From Acidobacteriota bacterium (lineage in GTDB: Bacteria; Acidobacteriota; Vicinamibacteria; Vicinamibacterales; JAKQTR01), in NCBI GenBank assembly GCA_026393755.1, contig JAPKZO010000018.1:3418-35417 (forward strand): a DNA stretch of 32,000 nt, read 5' to 3'. Below are positions 14,774 to 24,365 of this stretch, piece after piece. Both the position numbers and the translations under genes were made by a program. The first letter of the stretch is position 1, and each line of letters starts with the position of its first letter. Below the pieces are notes generated by a model. The model had not been told where the DNA came from. It searched no databases and saw only the letters and a list, made by a program, of their open reading frames with translations.

Positions 14774-16939
14774 TCAGTGCTTCTTGACGGCCGGTGCCTT
14801 GCCCTTGGCCGGCGTTTCGGGTTGTTCCACGAGCTTGATCTGGCCCATTTTCTCGGTGGCCTTCAGGTAGTCAAACACGTCGGCGAGGGGCACGGGTTCG
14901 AATTCGCCGGAGATGAAGTCGCGAATCTCGATCACGGTCCTCTTCTGGCGAAGAATTGTACCCAGCTCAGACGTCATGTGGCCCGGGATCTTCGCGCGGG
15001 CCGCCTGGACAGCTGCGCGATCGGCGGCTGGCACGTTCTGCATCGCCGCGCCGCCTCGACCGCCCTGTGCGGCTGCTCCGGCCGGCGGCGGCACCTGCTC
15101 GACCGTCGTCCGCGCGGCGAGCTTCTCAAGGTCGGTCGCCGCCGGTTCGACGGCGGGCACCTTCAACAATTCGGCGCGCAGCTTGAAGAATGCCGTGATT
15201 TCGTTCTGGAGCGCCCCGGCGCGCTGATCGACCAGCGCGTCGAATCCCGCGAGCTTCTTTTCCGCACCCGCCGGATTGTCGAAGAGAACCGCCGCCGACC
15301 GGACCACGGCCTTTTCCACGTTGGTCTGGTGACGGACCGCCGCACGCGCTTCCTTGAGCGCGTCCGGCAGCGACAGGCCAAACGAGAGATCCGCCAGATA
15401 GCTCAACCCCTTGCGCTGCGCTTCACCCATCCGCTCACTGCCGCGCGCAAGCGCCTCGGCCGCCACCTTCATCCCCGCGTTATCGCCGGCTGAGGCCAGC
15501 AGGCTCATACAGCCGATCCCCACGACCGCCGCCCGCTTCAACTGCGTCGGATCCAGCTTGTCTGGCGTGTCCTGCGACGAGTGATAGTAGTGATCCGGCC
15601 ATGTGATGAACATCAGCGACGGGATGCCCTGGCCCAGGTAGACCACGTGGTCGCTCGCGCCGTAGTGCTTGTCGACGATCACGAAGAAGGGATCCCGCGT
15701 GCCGCTTTGCGCGACCACCGGGAGCGTAAAGCCGTAGCCGACCGAACGGTAGCGCACCCGCTCCCGGTTGAGGTTGGCGACGTACTCGAGGACACTCGCC
15801 CCGACATCGTTCAGGAACGTCGGAAAGCTGTCCGGCGTGCGGTGCATCACCCAGGCGCTGCCGCTCAGCTTGAGCGTCAGGCCTTCCATGTCGAAATTCA
15901 GATCCGCAATGAGCGTCTTTCGCACGTCGTCGTGCGCCCGGAGCCAGGCCGTGGTTCCGCTGATTTCCGGCACGAACAGGAAGTGAATCGTGCGCGTCGG
16001 TTTCGGCAGCTTGCCTTCGGCCACCAGGCGCATGTAGGCGCGCCCCATCTCGAGAATCAGCGCGCAGCCTGAGCTGTCGTCGTTGGCGCCCTGTTTGAGA
16101 ACGCCCTCGTAGAGGTGCGCGGAAAGCGCGATCGCCTGATCGGTGGAGCCGTCGCCGGGAATCGTCGCGTGGACCATTTCCATCTCGCCGGGAAACGTCT
16201 CGGCCTTGACGACGGAGCGCAGCCTGACCTTCTCGCCGCGCGCCAGGTGGGCGGCGAGATCGCGGCCGACGCGCGGTGAGATGGACCAGCCGAATCCGGG
16301 CTTCTTGCCCTGTGGAGCCGACGCCGAGACACTCTGGGACATGAGCTGATCGGGAAGATCGTCGGCGCGCAGGTCGTTGTAGCTGAGCACGCCGATCGCG
16401 CCGCGCTCGAAGACCGCCAGGCGCTGGAGTGCGCTGGTGCCCGCCGATCCCAGCACGATCCTGCCGGCTACGTCCTTGCGTGCGTAGTCCTCGGGCCGCC
16501 CGCCCGCGCCCACGTCGACCAGTTCGGCCGTCACATCGCCCGAATCGCTGCCCGCCGCCAGCGAGACCGCGGTGTCGTAGATGTCGTACAGCTTGTCCAT
16601 CTGAGGTTCGACCATCCAGAGTTCACCCTGCGACGGCTGGTAGGCCGTGCCCGGCGCGGGAAACGACTCGATCTCGACGTTGCTGAATCCGTACTCCTTG
16701 GCAAATGTCGCCACGACGTCGGACTCGCGAAAATGCCCTACGTACTCGCTCTTAGGACGCACGCGCGGGTAGGGCACCATCTCGATCACGTGGTGCAGCG
16801 CGCGCTCTCCCGAGGCTTCGTTGATGATGGCGCGCATCTCGGCTGCCGAGAGCAGCGTGCGATCTTCGCGTTCCTGGGCCACCATGCCGACGGCGGTGGC
16901 GATCAACACGAGGGCGAGAATCGTCAGCTTCGATTTCAT
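14774..16939 (-). CDS. Secreted M28-family metallo(amino)peptidase with PA domain and a C-terminal extension
   Basis: Signal peptide MKSKLTILALVLIATAVGMVAQ. M28 metal-ligand block GANDDSSGCALILEMGR. FLFVPEISG and H..QDTPDKLD motifs. AGGAG Shine-Dalgarno upstream of ATG 16939. Confidence 0.85.
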   Translation of the reverse strand: MKSKLTILALVLIATAVGMVAQEREDRTLLSAAEMRAIINEASGERALHHVIEMVPYPRVRPKSEYVGHFRESDVVATFAKEYGFSNVEIESFPAPGTAYQPSQGELWMVEPQMDKLYDIYDTAVSLAAGSDSGDVTAELVDVGAGGRPEDYARKDVAGRIVLGSAGTSALQRLAVFERGAIGVLSYNDLRADDLPDQLMSQSVSASAPQGKKPGFGWSISPRVGRDLAAHLARGEKVRLRSVVKAETFPGEMEMVHATIPGDGSTDQAIALSAHLYEGVLKQGANDDSSGCALILEMGRAYMRLVAEGKLPKPTRTIHFLFVPEISGTTAWLRAHDDVRKTLIADLNFDMEGLTLKLSGSAWVMHRTPDSFPTFLNDVGASVLEYVANLNRERVRYRSVGYGFTLPVVAQSGTRDPFFVIVDKHYGASDHVVYLGQGIPSLMFITWPDHYYHSSQDTPDKLDPTQLKRAAVVGIGCMSLLASAGDNAGMKVAAEALARGSERMGEAQRKGLSYLADLSFGLSLPDALKEARAAVRHQTNVEKAVVRSAAVLFDNPAGAEKKLAGFDALVDQRAGALQNEITAFFKLRAELLKVPAVEPAATDLEKLAARTTVEQVPPPAGAAAQGGRGGAAMQNVPAADRAAVQAARAKIPGHMTSELGTILRQKRTVIEIRDFISGEFEPVPLADVFDYLKATEKMGQIKLVEQPETPAKGKAPAVKKH

Positions 16940-17015
16940 CCGTGCTCCTGACCTCTGGGGGCGTGTGCCGTGTGCCTGAGATTATCTCCGACTCCGGAAA
17001 CCGTGTGAACCCTGA

Positions 17016-18818
17016 TCACGCCAGCTTCGGGTGCATGGTGTGCCACTTCGTGGCGCGCTCGTAGGCCAGCGCCACGCGAAGCACCGCGGCTTCGTCGTAC
17101 AGCCGGCCCGTGATCATCAGCGAGACCGGCATGCCGTCGATGAAGCCCGCCTTCATCGCAAGTGCCGGATGTCCGGTCAGATTCGTCGACGTCAGGCTCG
17201 CGCTCCGCGTGGTCGAGACGAACACGTCGTACGTGGACATCAGCGCGTCCATCTGGCGCATCAGCAGTGTGCGCGCCCGCATCGCGCGGATGTACTCGAC
17301 CGCCGGCACGAATCGGTACGTCCGGAACTGATTGGGCCAGTCGCCGGCCCCCTGGGCTGTCAGTTGATCGATGCCCTTCGACCGGGTCAAGTCGTCGAAG
17401 GCGGCGGCCGCTTCGCAGCTGAGAATGAATCGAATGGCCTGCACGGGAAAGTCTGGCAGGGCGATCGGCTCCAGCTTCGCGCCCGCTTGTCGCAGCGCAT
17501 CGAGCGCGTCGATCATCAACTGCTTCTGCTGCAGGAACGTCTTCTTGCGGTCCTCGGACATCGTGGCCGGGGGTTCGACCTCGAACTCGCTCTGGACGTA
17601 CCCGATGCGCATCGAGGAGAGCGGGCGCGCGGGCTGCCAGTCGAACGCCGCGTCGACCACGGACTCGTCGCGCCCGTCGGGACCGTGGATGGCGTTGAAC
17701 ACCAGCACGCAGTCCTCCACCGTCCGGCACATCGGACCGATCTTGTCCATCGTCCAGCTGAGCGCCATCGCGCCGTAGCGGCTGGTGCGGCCGTAGGTGG
17801 GCCGCAGGCCCGTGACGCCGCACGCCGTGGACGGCGAGATGATCGAGCCCAGGGTCTCGGTGCCGAGCGCGAAGCCGACCAGGCCCGCGGCCGTGGCCGC
17901 GGCCGGGCCGGCGGACGACCCCGAGGAACTGCGCTGGATGTTCCACGGCGTGTGCGTCGATCCGCCGAACCATTCGCCACCTTGCGCGAGCGCGCCCATC
18001 GACAGCTTGGCCACGAGCACGGCTCCCGCATCGCGCAGCCGCTCGACGACGGTGGCGTCGACGTCAATCACCTGGTTCTCGTACGGCTTGGCGCCCCACG
18101 TCGTCCGAATACCCTTGGTCGCGAACAGATCCTTCGCGCCCCACGGAATCCCGTGCAGGGGGCCCTTGTAGCGGCCGGCGCGAATGTCTCTGTCGGCCTG
18201 CGCGGCCTGCGCCAGCGCCAGATCCTCGGTGAGCGTGATCACGCACTTCAGCGTCTCGCCGTACTTTTTGAGCCGGCCCAGATACATCTTCGTGAGCGCC
18301 GTCGCGCTGACCTGTCGCGATTCGATCAGGCGCGAAAGCGACGTGACCGGCTCGAACGCGAGGTCCTCGAGGGAAGGGCTGACCACAATCTTCGCGGGCC
18401 GGGACACCATGGGCTGGGGCCGGGGCTTCGAGCCTGGCTTCGGGCGCTTGCCCGGCAGGTACGGATGAAACGTGAAGGCCGGCTCGGTGCTGAGCGGGAT
18501 GTCCATCTTCCGCAGCGTCTCGAACGCGTCGAGATTGCGGTTGATCCCGCGCAGGGCCATCTCCTCCTCGGCATCGGTGAACTTGAGGCCCGCCACCTGC
18601 TCGGCGCTGCCCAGGGCACTCTTCGGAATGCGCAGCTGCGCATCGGGCTGCGGCGGCTGCTGCGCCAGGGCCGGCGCGGCCAGGCTCGCGGCCACGGCTG
18701 CGGGCACGGTCTTCAGAAACGTCCGTCTGGTTCGACTGCGTGGTGAGTCAGATTTCGATGGTCCGGGCTGTCGCCTGTTCTGCTCCATGTCGGGTACACT
18801 CCTTGCCAGCGGCTTCAT
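17016..18818 (-). CDS. Amidase-signature family amidase with twin-arginine (Tat) signal
   Basis: Tat motif SRTRRTFLKTVPAAVAASLAAPALA. AS-family blocks GIPWGAKDLFATKGIRTTWG and SSSGSSAGPAAATAAG. ATG 18788 (MEQNRR...) is an alternative and perhaps better start, preceded by AAGGAG. Confidence 0.85.
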   Translation of the reverse strand: MKPLARSVPDMEQNRRQPGPSKSDSPRSRTRRTFLKTVPAAVAASLAAPALAQQPPQPDAQLRIPKSALGSAEQVAGLKFTDAEEEMALRGINRNLDAFETLRKMDIPLSTEPAFTFHPYLPGKRPKPGSKPRPQPMVSRPAKIVVSPSLEDLAFEPVTSLSRLIESRQVSATALTKMYLGRLKKYGETLKCVITLTEDLALAQAAQADRDIRAGRYKGPLHGIPWGAKDLFATKGIRTTWGAKPYENQVIDVDATVVERLRDAGAVLVAKLSMGALAQGGEWFGGSTHTPWNIQRSSSGSSAGPAAATAAGLVGFALGTETLGSIISPSTACGVTGLRPTYGRTSRYGAMALSWTMDKIGPMCRTVEDCVLVFNAIHGPDGRDESVVDAAFDWQPARPLSSMRIGYVQSEFEVEPPATMSEDRKKTFLQQKQLMIDALDALRQAGAKLEPIALPDFPVQAIRFILSCEAAAAFDDLTRSKGIDQLTAQGAGDWPNQFRTYRFVPAVEYIRAMRARTLLMRQMDALMSTYDVFVSTTRSASLTSTNLTGHPALAMKAGFIDGMPVSLMITGRLYDEAAVLRVALAYERATKWHTMHPKLA

Positions 18819-18853
18819 GCGTAAGGTGGAATCCTACACCGGGAACGGTGCCG

Positions 18854-18875
18854 GCGAGATACGATCTCGCAGATC
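18854..18875. promoter_or_regulatory. Overlapping palindromes in the divergent amidase/transferase spacer: GCGAGAT-ACG-ATCTCGC overlapping GATCT-CGC-AGATC
   Basis: Perfect 7-bp arms at 18854-18860 and 18864-18870. A second 5-bp inverted repeat lies at 18863-18867 and 18871-18875. The element ends 3-6 nt before the start codon of the plus-strand gene. Confidence 0.3.
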
Positions 18876-18878
18876 GGG

Positions 18879-21407
18879 TTGATGATGCTGGCGCGTCGTT
18901 CCGTCATCGTGTTTCTGCTGCTGCGACTGATCTTCGCCGCGTTCTGCGTGATCACGTCCCTGTACTGCCTGATCGCGTACATTCCCTTCGCGTATCAACA
19001 GGTCATCGAATTCCGCGTCGTCAGCTGGACGGCCGTCTTCGCCCAGCTTCATCCCTGGCTGTACTGGGTGGCCTTTGCGTGCGGGGCCTGGACGCTGCGC
19101 GGAGACTACCGCCCGGGCACACGGGTGCTGGTGGCGATCGTGCTCTTCGCCGGAGTGGCCACGGGCATCACATTGGCCGTGTCGCCGCTGCTGACGAGGG
19201 TTGGCAACGAATGGGCGTCACTCGTGTGGAGCGCCGTGTGGCTGATGCCGCTGTTCGCGGTGGCGCTGGTGGACCTGGCCGGGACCGGGCGGAGGATCGC
19301 CTGGGCTCCAGTCCCGGGCGGAGAATACGGTCGCCTGCTGCGCACGTGCCTCATCACCGCCGTCGCGCTCGCGCTGCTGTACGCGGGCCTGCAGCCGATC
19401 AGACCTCGCGGGGTCGTGCTCGATCTGGCCTCTGCCGGGGTGGTGGCCTGGAGCGTGATCCTGCACCTGGTCGTGTTCACGGCGATCTTCGTGCTGCTCG
19501 CGCTCATCCGCGGGATCGCGTCGGCGTGTCGGCGCCCGGCCCTCGTGGAGTTCGTCCTGGCCTCGGCGGCCGGCATCAGTATCCTGGCCGCGATCATCGA
19601 CAAGCTGATCCTCGCGTCGGTGTCGATGGCCGACGTGACGGGACATCTGCTCGGCCTGTGGGCTGCGATCGCCGTGGGCCTGACATTCGCTGGCTGGGCC
19701 GTGCGCCTGGCTCCTCCGGATGAACCGGTCGTGTCAGGGATTGGATTGGCCTTGCGCCCCATTAACGCGCTTGCCGGAACATCGCGCGTCGCCCGCGTGC
19801 TGATGGGTCTGATGTGGGTGGCGGCGGCCTACTGGCTGGCCGTGGCGACATCGGAGATGGACTGGAACTACCTGTTCCAGAAGCTCGGCGTCATCGCGAT
19901 CGCGACCGTCGGGTTCGCCTGGGTCTATCGAAACGTCGGGAGCGCCCCGTGTTCGCGGCGCACGACGCCGACGCTTCTGCGAGGGGTGCCGATCGCGGCG
20001 GTGGCCATCTTCGCGGTGGTCATCGTGGTGCCTGCCTCCCTGGCCATGATTCATCTGCCGGCCGGCACCCACTCGTCGACTATTGAACGCTATGCGGCGT
20101 ACGACGTGTCGTTCCGGATCGTTCACGATCTTACGGACCTCCAGCCGGCACCGTCGAACGGCGAGATGAGCGCGTTCTACGCGCTTTTGCGGCGGCACAC
20201 GAACATCCCGCGCACGGTGACCATCGTCGCGCCAGATGTGGCCATGGTGCCGGCACTTCGGGCTCCGGTCGGCCGCACGCCACACGTGTTCTTCCTGGTG
20301 ATCGACAGCCTGCGGCCAGACTATCTCTCGCCCTACAACGCCTCGGTGGCTTTCACCCCCGCCATTGGGAAGTTCGCGAGCGAGAGCACGGTCTTCCGCA
20401 ACGCGTTCACCCGGTACGGCGCGACCGGCTTGTCCGAGCCGGCGCTGTGGACGGGCACCGCCGTGCCGCACCAGCAGTATCCGAACGAGTACTGGCGGAT
20501 GAACTCGCTGCAGAAACTGCTGGAGGCCGGCCAGTACCAGGCGTTCGTCAGCAAGGACCATATTCTGCAGCGCCTCCTGGCGCCATGGCCGGGACTGACC
20601 GAACTGGACCAGGGTCTCAATGCCAGAGACTACGACGTGTGTCGGACGCTGACCGAACTGGGCGGCCGGATCACCGCGCGCAATCGCAACGACGGGCGGC
20701 CGCTGTTCGCGTACACGCAGCCGCAGAACGTCCACATCGCCGCCATCACGCGCGAAGGCGCGACCGTGCCGGCGGGGGAGCACTACCCGGGGTTCTACGC
20801 GCCGGTCGCGTCGCGCGTGCACCGTCTGGACGCCTGCTTCGGCGGGTTCCTCGACGTGCTGCGCCGCGAGAAGGTCTACGACGACAGCATCATCATCCTG
20901 ACGTCGGACCATGGAGAATCGATTGGCGAAGAGGGGCGGTGGGGGCATGCCTACACGCTCTTTCCGGAAGTCCTGAAGGTCCCGATGATCGTGCATCTGC
21001 CGGCGTGGATGCGCGGCGCCTCCGCGGACCCGAACCTCATCGCCTTCACGGTGGACCTGACGCCCACGCTCTACTATCTGCTCGGCCAGCGACCGGTTGC
21101 GAACAACCCGCTGTTCGGTCGCCCGCTCTTCACGGACCGCCCGGATGAGGTCACGCCGTACCTACGGAGTCAGTACGTCGTGGCATCGAGCTACGGGCCG
21201 GTGTACGCCGCGATCTCCGACGCGGGACGGTCGCTCTATATCGCGGATGGCGTGTCGAACCGGGACTACGCGTTCGATCTGACGACGGGGCCAGGAGGCA
21301 CGAGCCACGACGTGACCGACGCGGTCCGCACCGCGGGCGTCAAGGCCATTCGCGAGATGATCGGCAACATGGATCGATTCTCACCGCCTCTGCGCGATCG
21401 TCAGTGA
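18879..21407 (+). CDS. Polytopic membrane protein with C-terminal sulfatase-like (alkaline-phosphatase superfamily) domain. LtaS/EptA-like hydrolase or phospho-group transferase.
   Basis: The first 400 or so aa are highly hydrophobic (many predicted TM helices). They are followed by FFLVIDSLRPDYLSPYN and ILTSDHGESIGEEGRWGH, typical metal/nucleophile blocks of sulfatase-like transferases. The track start is TTG 18879; ATG 18882 is equally possible. Confidence 0.8.
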   Translation: MMMLARRSVIVFLLLRLIFAAFCVITSLYCLIAYIPFAYQQVIEFRVVSWTAVFAQLHPWLYWVAFACGAWTLRGDYRPGTRVLVAIVLFAGVATGITLAVSPLLTRVGNEWASLVWSAVWLMPLFAVALVDLAGTGRRIAWAPVPGGEYGRLLRTCLITAVALALLYAGLQPIRPRGVVLDLASAGVVAWSVILHLVVFTAIFVLLALIRGIASACRRPALVEFVLASAAGISILAAIIDKLILASVSMADVTGHLLGLWAAIAVGLTFAGWAVRLAPPDEPVVSGIGLALRPINALAGTSRVARVLMGLMWVAAAYWLAVATSEMDWNYLFQKLGVIAIATVGFAWVYRNVGSAPCSRRTTPTLLRGVPIAAVAIFAVVIVVPASLAMIHLPAGTHSSTIERYAAYDVSFRIVHDLTDLQPAPSNGEMSAFYALLRRHTNIPRTVTIVAPDVAMVPALRAPVGRTPHVFFLVIDSLRPDYLSPYNASVAFTPAIGKFASESTVFRNAFTRYGATGLSEPALWTGTAVPHQQYPNEYWRMNSLQKLLEAGQYQAFVSKDHILQRLLAPWPGLTELDQGLNARDYDVCRTLTELGGRITARNRNDGRPLFAYTQPQNVHIAAITREGATVPAGEHYPGFYAPVASRVHRLDACFGGFLDVLRREKVYDDSIIILTSDHGESIGEEGRWGHAYTLFPEVLKVPMIVHLPAWMRGASADPNLIAFTVDLTPTLYYLLGQRPVANNPLFGRPLFTDRPDEVTPYLRSQYVVASSYGPVYAAISDAGRSLYIADGVSNRDYAFDLTTGPGGTSHDVTDAVRTAGVKAIREMIGNMDRFSPPLRDRQ

Positions 21408-21428
21408 TTCAGCTGGAGAGCCGTCCAC

Positions 21429-22325
21429 GTGAAGATCGGCGTCATCATCAATCCCGCGTCGGGCCCGGCGCGATCGCGTCAGCCGGCCGAGATCCTCGTC
21501 GAATGGACCCGGGCGATGCTTCGTCGTCACGGCGTCGATGGATCGATCGCCGTGATCCACGGACCCGGTGATGGCGAGCGACTCGCCCGGGAGGCCGTCG
21601 ATCGCGGCGCTGAGCGCGTGATCGCGTGGGGCGGAGACGGGACGATCAATTCGGTCGCCACGGCCCTCGTCAAGACCCACGTGTCGCTCGGTATCATCCC
21701 GGCCGGGTCCGGCAATGGCCTCGCGCGCGAACTCGGAATTCCCTCCCGGCGAGCGTCGGCGATGGCGGTGGCGCTTGGTGACTGCAGTCGCGCGATCGAT
21801 GCCGGCACACTGAACGGACACCTGTTCTTCAATGTCGCGGGGATCGGCTTTGACGCCCATGTCGCGCACGTGTTCGCACGCGCTGCCGGCCATAGACGGG
21901 GCGTCATGGCCTACACGGCGACCACCGTCCGCGAGTTGTTCCGCTACGTGCCGTCTCGTTACGTCGTGCGCGACGCCGATGGGCGCGTGACGCGGGAGGG
22001 CGGGGCGCTCTTCATTTCGATGGCGAACACCAGGCAGTGGGGCAGCGGCGCCCAGATCGCCCCGCAGGCCACGCCTGATGATGGCCATCTCGACCTCGTG
22101 CTGGTGGAGGCGCGGCCGCCGCTGCTGATTCTGGCGCAACTCTGGCGGCTCTACACCGGATCCGTACATCGGATCGGGGGAACGATGACGGCCCTCGTGC
22201 AGGACGTCTCGGTGACCGCCAGCCCCGCAGCCCCGGTCCACGTCGACGGCGAGCCGCTCGGGATGACAAGCGACATCACCGTGCGCGTCATCCCCGGTGC
22301 GCTGCTCGTTCGCGTGCCGGGGTAG
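21429..22325 (+). CDS. Diacylglycerol kinase catalytic-domain lipid kinase (YegS/BmrU type)
   Basis: MKIGVIINPASG, WGGDGTINSV, GIIPAGSGNGLAREL, VDGEP blocks. GTG start preceded by GGAGAG. Confidence 0.85.
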   Translation: MKIGVIINPASGPARSRQPAEILVEWTRAMLRRHGVDGSIAVIHGPGDGERLAREAVDRGAERVIAWGGDGTINSVATALVKTHVSLGIIPAGSGNGLARELGIPSRRASAMAVALGDCSRAIDAGTLNGHLFFNVAGIGFDAHVAHVFARAAGHRRGVMAYTATTVRELFRYVPSRYVVRDADGRVTREGGALFISMANTRQWGSGAQIAPQATPDDGHLDLVLVEARPPLLILAQLWRLYTGSVHRIGGTMTALVQDVSVTASPAAPVHVDGEPLGMTSDITVRVIPGALLVRVPG

Positions 22326-22330
22326 AAGCG

Positions 22331-22359
22331 GGCACGGCGTCGATTCTCGACGCCGTGCC
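22331..22359 (+). terminator. Perfect 13-bp stem/3-nt loop hairpin 5 nt after the lipid kinase stop codon; probable intrinsic terminator lacking a U-tract
   Basis: GGCACGGCGTCGA (22331-22343), TTC loop, TCGACGCCGTGCC (22347-22359). Confidence 0.55.
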
Positions 22360-22393
22360 GAGAGGGTCGAAACGGGCAGGTCGGATGAGGCAA

Positions 22394-22427
22394 GCAGGTG
22401 CCGTGGAGCGAAGCACCACGGCACTGC
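22394..22427 (+). promoter_or_regulatory. Strong hairpin in the 5' leader of the ABC exporter gene
   Basis: GTGCCGTGG (22398-22406) pairs with CCACGGCAC (22416-22424). It extends by GCA (22394-22396) with TGC (22425-22427) and one bulged G. The apical GC-GAA-GC can also pair. Confidence 0.35.
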
Positions 22428-22481
22428 AGCTCCCGCCAGCTGCGTGCTGCCGTATCTGCTACTGTGCAAGCGGGAGTCCTG

Positions 22482-24341
22482 ATGTCGATAGAGGAGAAGA
22501 AGAAGGTGCGCTTCTCGAATGTGTGGGAAGAGGCGCGCGTGCTGGTCTGGGCCCATCGCTGGCGGCTCGCGCTCGGCCTGGGGCTGATGCTCATCAACCG
22601 CGTGGTGGGACTGGTGCTTCCCGCCACCTCCAAGTACCTCGTCGACGACGTCATCGGGAAGCACAACGCGGACTTGCTGCCGCTGCTCGCGCTCGCGGCG
22701 GCCGGCGCGACGGCAGTTCAGGCGGCGACCTCCTTCGCTCTGTCTCAGGTGCTCAGCGTGGCCGCGCAGCGGGCCATCACCGAGATGCGGAAGAACGTGC
22801 ACGAGCACGTCATGCGGCTGCCGGTGGGCTTCTTCGATACTACGCAGACCGGGCAGTTGATCTCACGGATCATGACCGACGCCGAGGGGATCCGGAATCT
22901 GATTGGCACTGGGCTGGTCGAGCTGACGGGAGGATTCGTCACGGCCGGCCTCGCGCTCGGCGTGCTGTTCTACCTCAACTGGCGGCTGACGTCGGTGACG
23001 CTGGTCGTGCTGCTGATGTTCGGCGCACTGATGGCCGTGGCCTTCATGCGCCTGCGGCCGCTCTTCCGGGAACGCGGCCAGATCAACGCCGAGGTGACCG
23101 GGCGGCTCAACCAGGCCCTCGGCGGCGTGCGCGTCGTCAAGGCCTACGTGGCCGAGAAGCGCGAGGAACTGGTCTTTGCAAAGGGCGCACACCGGTTGTT
23201 GCGCAACGTGGCGAAGTCGATCACCGGCGTGTCGACCGTCAGCGCAGGGGCCACGGTGATTGTTGGCGTCATCGGCGTCGTCATGCTCGTCGTCGGGGGG
23301 CGCGCCATGATCGCCAACACGATGACGCTGGGCGACTTCCTGATGTACCTGCTGTTTACCGGCCTCACGGTGGCGCCGCTGGTGCAGATCGCGTCGATCA
23401 GTACCCAATTGAGCGAAGCGTTTGCGGGCCTCGATCGCATCCGCGAGATCAGGCGCATGGCGACCGAGGATCAGCAGGACCAGACCCGGGCGCCCATGCC
23501 GGACCTGGTCGGCGACGTGCGGTTCGAGGGAGTGGACTTCGAGTACACCGCCGGCGTGCCCGTGCTTAAAGGCGTGACGTTTCACGCGCCGGCCGGCACG
23601 ACCACGGCGCTGGTGGGATCGAGCGGATCTGGCAAGAGCACACTGATCTCGCTCATCATGACGTTCGCCCGGCCGAAGGCGGGCCGTGTGCTGGTGGATG
23701 GCCACGACCTGGAGACGGTGAAGTTGCGCGACTACCGCGAACACCTCGGCATCGTGCTCCAGGACAACTTCCTGTTCGATGGCACGGTGGCGGACAACAT
23801 CGCCTACGCCAGGCCCCATGCCTCACGTGAGCAGATCGAGGCGGTGAGCCGGCTCGCGCACTGCGACGAGTTCGTGCGGGGATTTCCGGAGAAGTACGAC
23901 ACGGTAGTGGGTGAGCGGGGCGTGCGGTTGTCCGGCGGCCAGCGGCAGCGCGTCGCCATCGCCAGGGCCCTGCTGGCCGAACCCACCATCCTGATCCTCG
24001 ACGAGGCGACGTCGAGCCTCGACAGCGAGAGCGAAGCGATGATCCAGGATGGCCTTGCGCGCCTGCGCACGGGACGCACGACCTTCGTGATTGCCCATCG
24101 CCTGTCGACCATTCAGAGCGCCGACCAGATCCTGGTCCTCGAGGCGGGAGAGATCGTCGAGCGCGGCACCCACGAGAGCCTGCTGGCCATCAACGGCCGG
24201 TACCGGCAGCTGTACGACAAACAGTACAGGTTCGAACGCGACCGCTTCATCAATCCGGGCGAGGATTTCACGCCGGAGCCGCCGGCCCCGGAACCAGCCC
24301 AGCCCGTTCCCGGCGTGTCGATGCGGCCCGGCGCGCTGTAA
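22482..24341 (+). CDS. ABC transporter, fused permease/ATP-binding protein (MsbA-like type I exporter)
   Basis: Six-helix N-terminal domain. Walker A GSSGSGKST, signature LSGGQRQRVAIARAL, Walker B ILILDEATSSLD, H-loop IAHRLST. ATG 22482 is preceded by GGGAG at good spacing; the track start 22398 lies in the hairpin region. Confidence 0.9.
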   Translation: MSIEEKKKVRFSNVWEEARVLVWAHRWRLALGLGLMLINRVVGLVLPATSKYLVDDVIGKHNADLLPLLALAAAGATAVQAATSFALSQVLSVAAQRAITEMRKNVHEHVMRLPVGFFDTTQTGQLISRIMTDAEGIRNLIGTGLVELTGGFVTAGLALGVLFYLNWRLTSVTLVVLLMFGALMAVAFMRLRPLFRERGQINAEVTGRLNQALGGVRVVKAYVAEKREELVFAKGAHRLLRNVAKSITGVSTVSAGATVIVGVIGVVMLVVGGRAMIANTMTLGDFLMYLLFTGLTVAPLVQIASISTQLSEAFAGLDRIREIRRMATEDQQDQTRAPMPDLVGDVRFEGVDFEYTAGVPVLKGVTFHAPAGTTTALVGSSGSGKSTLISLIMTFARPKAGRVLVDGHDLETVKLRDYREHLGIVLQDNFLFDGTVADNIAYARPHASREQIEAVSRLAHCDEFVRGFPEKYDTVVGERGVRLSGGQRQRVAIARALLAEPTILILDEATSSLDSESEAMIQDGLARLRTGRTTFVIAHRLSTIQSADQILVLEAGEIVERGTHESLLAINGRYRQLYDKQYRFERDRFINPGEDFTPEPPAPEPAQPVPGVSMRPGAL

Positions 24342-24365
24342 ATCCGTTGGGCCCGCCCGCCCTCG

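Noticed and set aside
17031-18746. 571-aa plus-strand ORF antisense to the amidase, plus similar long antisense ORFs at 5826-7292, 19734-20996, 21381-22808, 26932-28020 and 29657-30970
   Set aside because: These are rejected for the same reason: they mirror well-supported genes on the opposite strand and have Arg/Pro-rich nonsense-like sequence.
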